The notes beneath the pieces are model-generated. The model saw only the letters and a list, made by a program, of their open reading frames with translations. It had not been told where the DNA came from and did no database searches. From the NCBI GenBank assembly GCA_024679065.1, contig JAGIQG010000002.1:33046001-33110000 (forward strand): DNA of 64,000 bases. Direction: 5' to 3'. The DNA comes from Sphyrna mokarran. Taxonomy: Eukaryota. Positions 61,200-64,000 of this stretch are shown piece by piece (positions within the stretch are counted from its first letter, which is position 1; the number at the start of each line of letters is the position of its first letter). Position numbers and translations under genes: made by a program.

Positions 61200-64000
61200 C
61201 TAAAACGTAAAAAGGTGTTAGTCTCAAATTCTAAATACAATAGTGATTTAAAAACAGAGGAACTAATTTAGCTAATACATCTTTTTGTATTTGGGAAGCA
61301 AAGCCAAGATGAATTGCAAAAATTTCCAACCAGTTTCCTGGGCACTGCACTGAAAATTGTCATCTATTCCTTATACTTACACTGCAATGCTAGAGAACAA
61401 ACATACAACTGTCTTAACTTCTCATGATCAAAACATTAACATTCCGTATCGTAATCATCACCAAGCCACAAAGTGACTTGCATTCTGGTGGCACACTGGA
61501 GCACCGCCATAACAAACAATATGGCAGAGAGATCTACAAATGGAGCTTCCTTACTTAAGTAGGACAGAGAAAATTATACTACACAATCTGGGTGAACAAT
61601 GGCTAATGCAATCAAATAATGTTAAAAGTACTTGAAATTTTGTTTGAACATTTTCAGATAAACACAATTTTTTAAAAAATGCTAACATAATTCCAAACCA
61701 GTGCAATATTTTGAATTTTTTTAATGTTTATATTTTTGAGCCTCTCTCGATGAAAAGGGGATCTATTTCTTTGATGCAATACCCTGGCGATAACTGCAAC
61801 TGGTAAAGCATTTCAAGCACACAGGAACGGAAGTGAAAGTATGCAGAGATACATTGCTATTTTGTAATCTTCATAGCATTAGATTAAGATGACAATGACA
61901 TAACCCAGAAACCCGCTTCCTACGAGGTAGGCTCATCTGAAACCATTTAACTTCAGCTGCTTTCTTCTTTTATGCCTTTAAAGGTGAAAGCATGAAAGAC
62001 AGCATTCTGAGTTCAAGCTGAAGAGATGTACTTTGAGAGACTTGTTTGGTTTTGTAATACTGAATTATGTTGCTGTCTCATTAACTGCATTTTAAAAAAA
62101 AATCATTCTTAGGATGTTGTTGCATCCTTAGTGGTAAGTGTAGGTCTTATCAAACCACTGCAGTCCACAATCTTTATAGTAATTTGATATGCCTGAATGG
62201 CCTGCGTTAGGGTATAGAAAACAATCCCAAAATCACAATCAAACCTCCTCATGGTTAATTTTACTGATATACAACTTAAAAATTTAAACCACCATAGTGG
62301 GATTATATTCTCATTCGCTCAATTCTGAATTCAGGCCTTTGGATCACAAGTCCAGTAAAAATAATTACAGTCAACTCCTGCTGCTCGTCAGGATTTTGCT
62401 CCCTCAAATTCTCTAAGGGTGAGATTGCAAACTTGTGCACATGCTGAGCCAGTACAAGTGCAGTGCACATTTTCTCCATGCGAGTGATGTAGGAACAGTG
62501 AGAGCTGAATATTTTAAATCTCTGATGAATGGAGTTCTGGAGCCACAAACCACAAATAAAAGCCCAACTACATTTACAAGAGTAAACAAATATGTATTCG
62601 GCGTGGGGGGGTGCAAACAACAGCAGTTGACTATGCTGCAATAATGAGTCAACTGCATCCAAGTCAATTGAAAAAGAATACCAAAAATAAATATGCACAC
62701 AGTTTGCATTATGTTAGAACGTGAATCAAAATATGATTTTTTTTCGGCCAATAGCAATATTTCTGGGTAGATTTTGAATGTACTCTTTTGGTTTAATACA
62801 CTTTGCAACATTATAGTTGAGAGTCATTTCTCAAAGGGCCAAAAATATAAGTACTTGGAATTTCTAAAGACACAGCATTGGACATATTTGCCCTGCCAAC
62901 ATAACTGAAATGCAACAGTGAAATGCCGTGCAAGTGCCTTTTCTGCCTCCCACAAAGTTTCCACATGAGTCATTAAAAATAACACCTTTTCATTGGTGTG
63001 AACTATATTCCTGCCAGGTAACTTCAAGAATTACTCAACCGCCGTTGCAAGAACAAACAGAAGGTGAGTACTATGGAAGAATTTACATGAAAATGTTTCT
63101 ATTTATTGGCAACAATAACTTTACAATAAACATTTTTAAAGTTTTATTAGATTAATAATGTGCCCTAACAAAAGGTCATAATGCTTAAAGCGAAGTATTT
63201 TAAGAAACTATTTTACAATTAATGGCAGCCTGATCAAATAACATGTTCCTCATCATTTTCAACACAGTATTGCGCAATTTGGCACAATTTGATGGCAAAC
63301 AGCACCCTCTAGAGCAGTGAGATGTGGCTAGGCTTTCAGTCTTGTACAGAATCTGGACCAAACAGCACATGCTATTGCTTTAGGGAAGACTTCATATTTA
63401 TTTGAGAATTACAACAGCTGTAACATAATTCTGTATCAATCCAAACCCTTTGCAAGGAAAATAAACACTGGAGTTTCTCCAGTCTTTAGAACTCTTCTCT
63501 AAGATGGAATGAGTGTACTGAACCTTCTTCCCAGTCTACCAAAGACAAATGCAGATATAACTATCAATACAAGGTAGGGTTGCTGGGATAAGCTTGAAAC
63601 TACTAGTTTGTTCAATAGCACTCTTGTAACTCCTACACACATTTCAATGCTATTAGAAGGCATCATCAGGTTGAACTTCATGAAGCACTTGGTCTTATTG
63701 ATGGTGTGGTCCTGGTCCAAATGTTGCTAGAAAATTGGCTCAGTAAAAGAAAGACAGTAAAAGTCTGATAGCCATTCCCTAAGTTACAGAGACACTACAA
63801 GGAATTTTTCAGGCAGGCTATGCCACAGGATACAAAACAGCAGGAAGTCCCGGGACTTCAAACTGATAGTGATAGTGATCACCTTTGAAGTGCGATGAAT
63901 AAACGGTTGTTAACAATCACACATCATACGGGATGCAGGAAACAACGACTGTGAAGAATAGAAGGCCATTAACATGGATGCTTGTGGTAATCTGTCAGAA

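Noticed and set aside
61200-64000. Search for ZEB1 exon 2 (…SDSDDEDKLHIVEE…) and ORFs 62303-62811
   Set aside because: No matching frame found; the ORFs lack motifs. Exons 1-2 lie outside the window.

Overview
Eukaryotic (vertebrate) genomic DNA, AT-rich. The repeat content (V-SINEs, Deu-SINEs, CR1/L2/Rex1 LINEs, Penelope-type palindromes) points to a cartilaginous fish, probably a shark; the species cannot be fixed from this window. The only real gene is the 3' part of ZEB1 on the minus strand. Seven coding exons (equivalent to human exons 3-9, about 1,006 codons, all GT-AG and phase-compatible) run from 61199 to the stop at 32635. The ~1.7 kb 3'UTR is packed with miR-200-family seed sites. 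Exons 1-2 lie beyond the right edge. Positions 1-30 kb are a repeat-rich intergenic desert. Most ORFs in the supplied track are noise or transposon debris. The most notable items are: (1) a near-perfect ~197-bp Penelope-derived palindrome in intron 6 with an intact minimal hammerhead-ribozyme core on both strands; (2) a full-length histone H4 retro-pseudogene in intron 5 with a 12-bp target-site duplication, no poly(A) and no stem-loop; (3) an apparent 8-aa deletion next to the ZEB1 Smad-binding region whose junction spells a miR-200b/c/429 8mer; (4) an upstream AATAAA that could remove the miR-200 site cluster; (5) V-SINEs with two different LINE-derived tails. I see no evidence of a wholly new multi-gene system. 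Comparisons with human ZEB1/ZEB2, H4, miRNA and repeat consensus sequences are from memory, and repeat boundaries are approximate.
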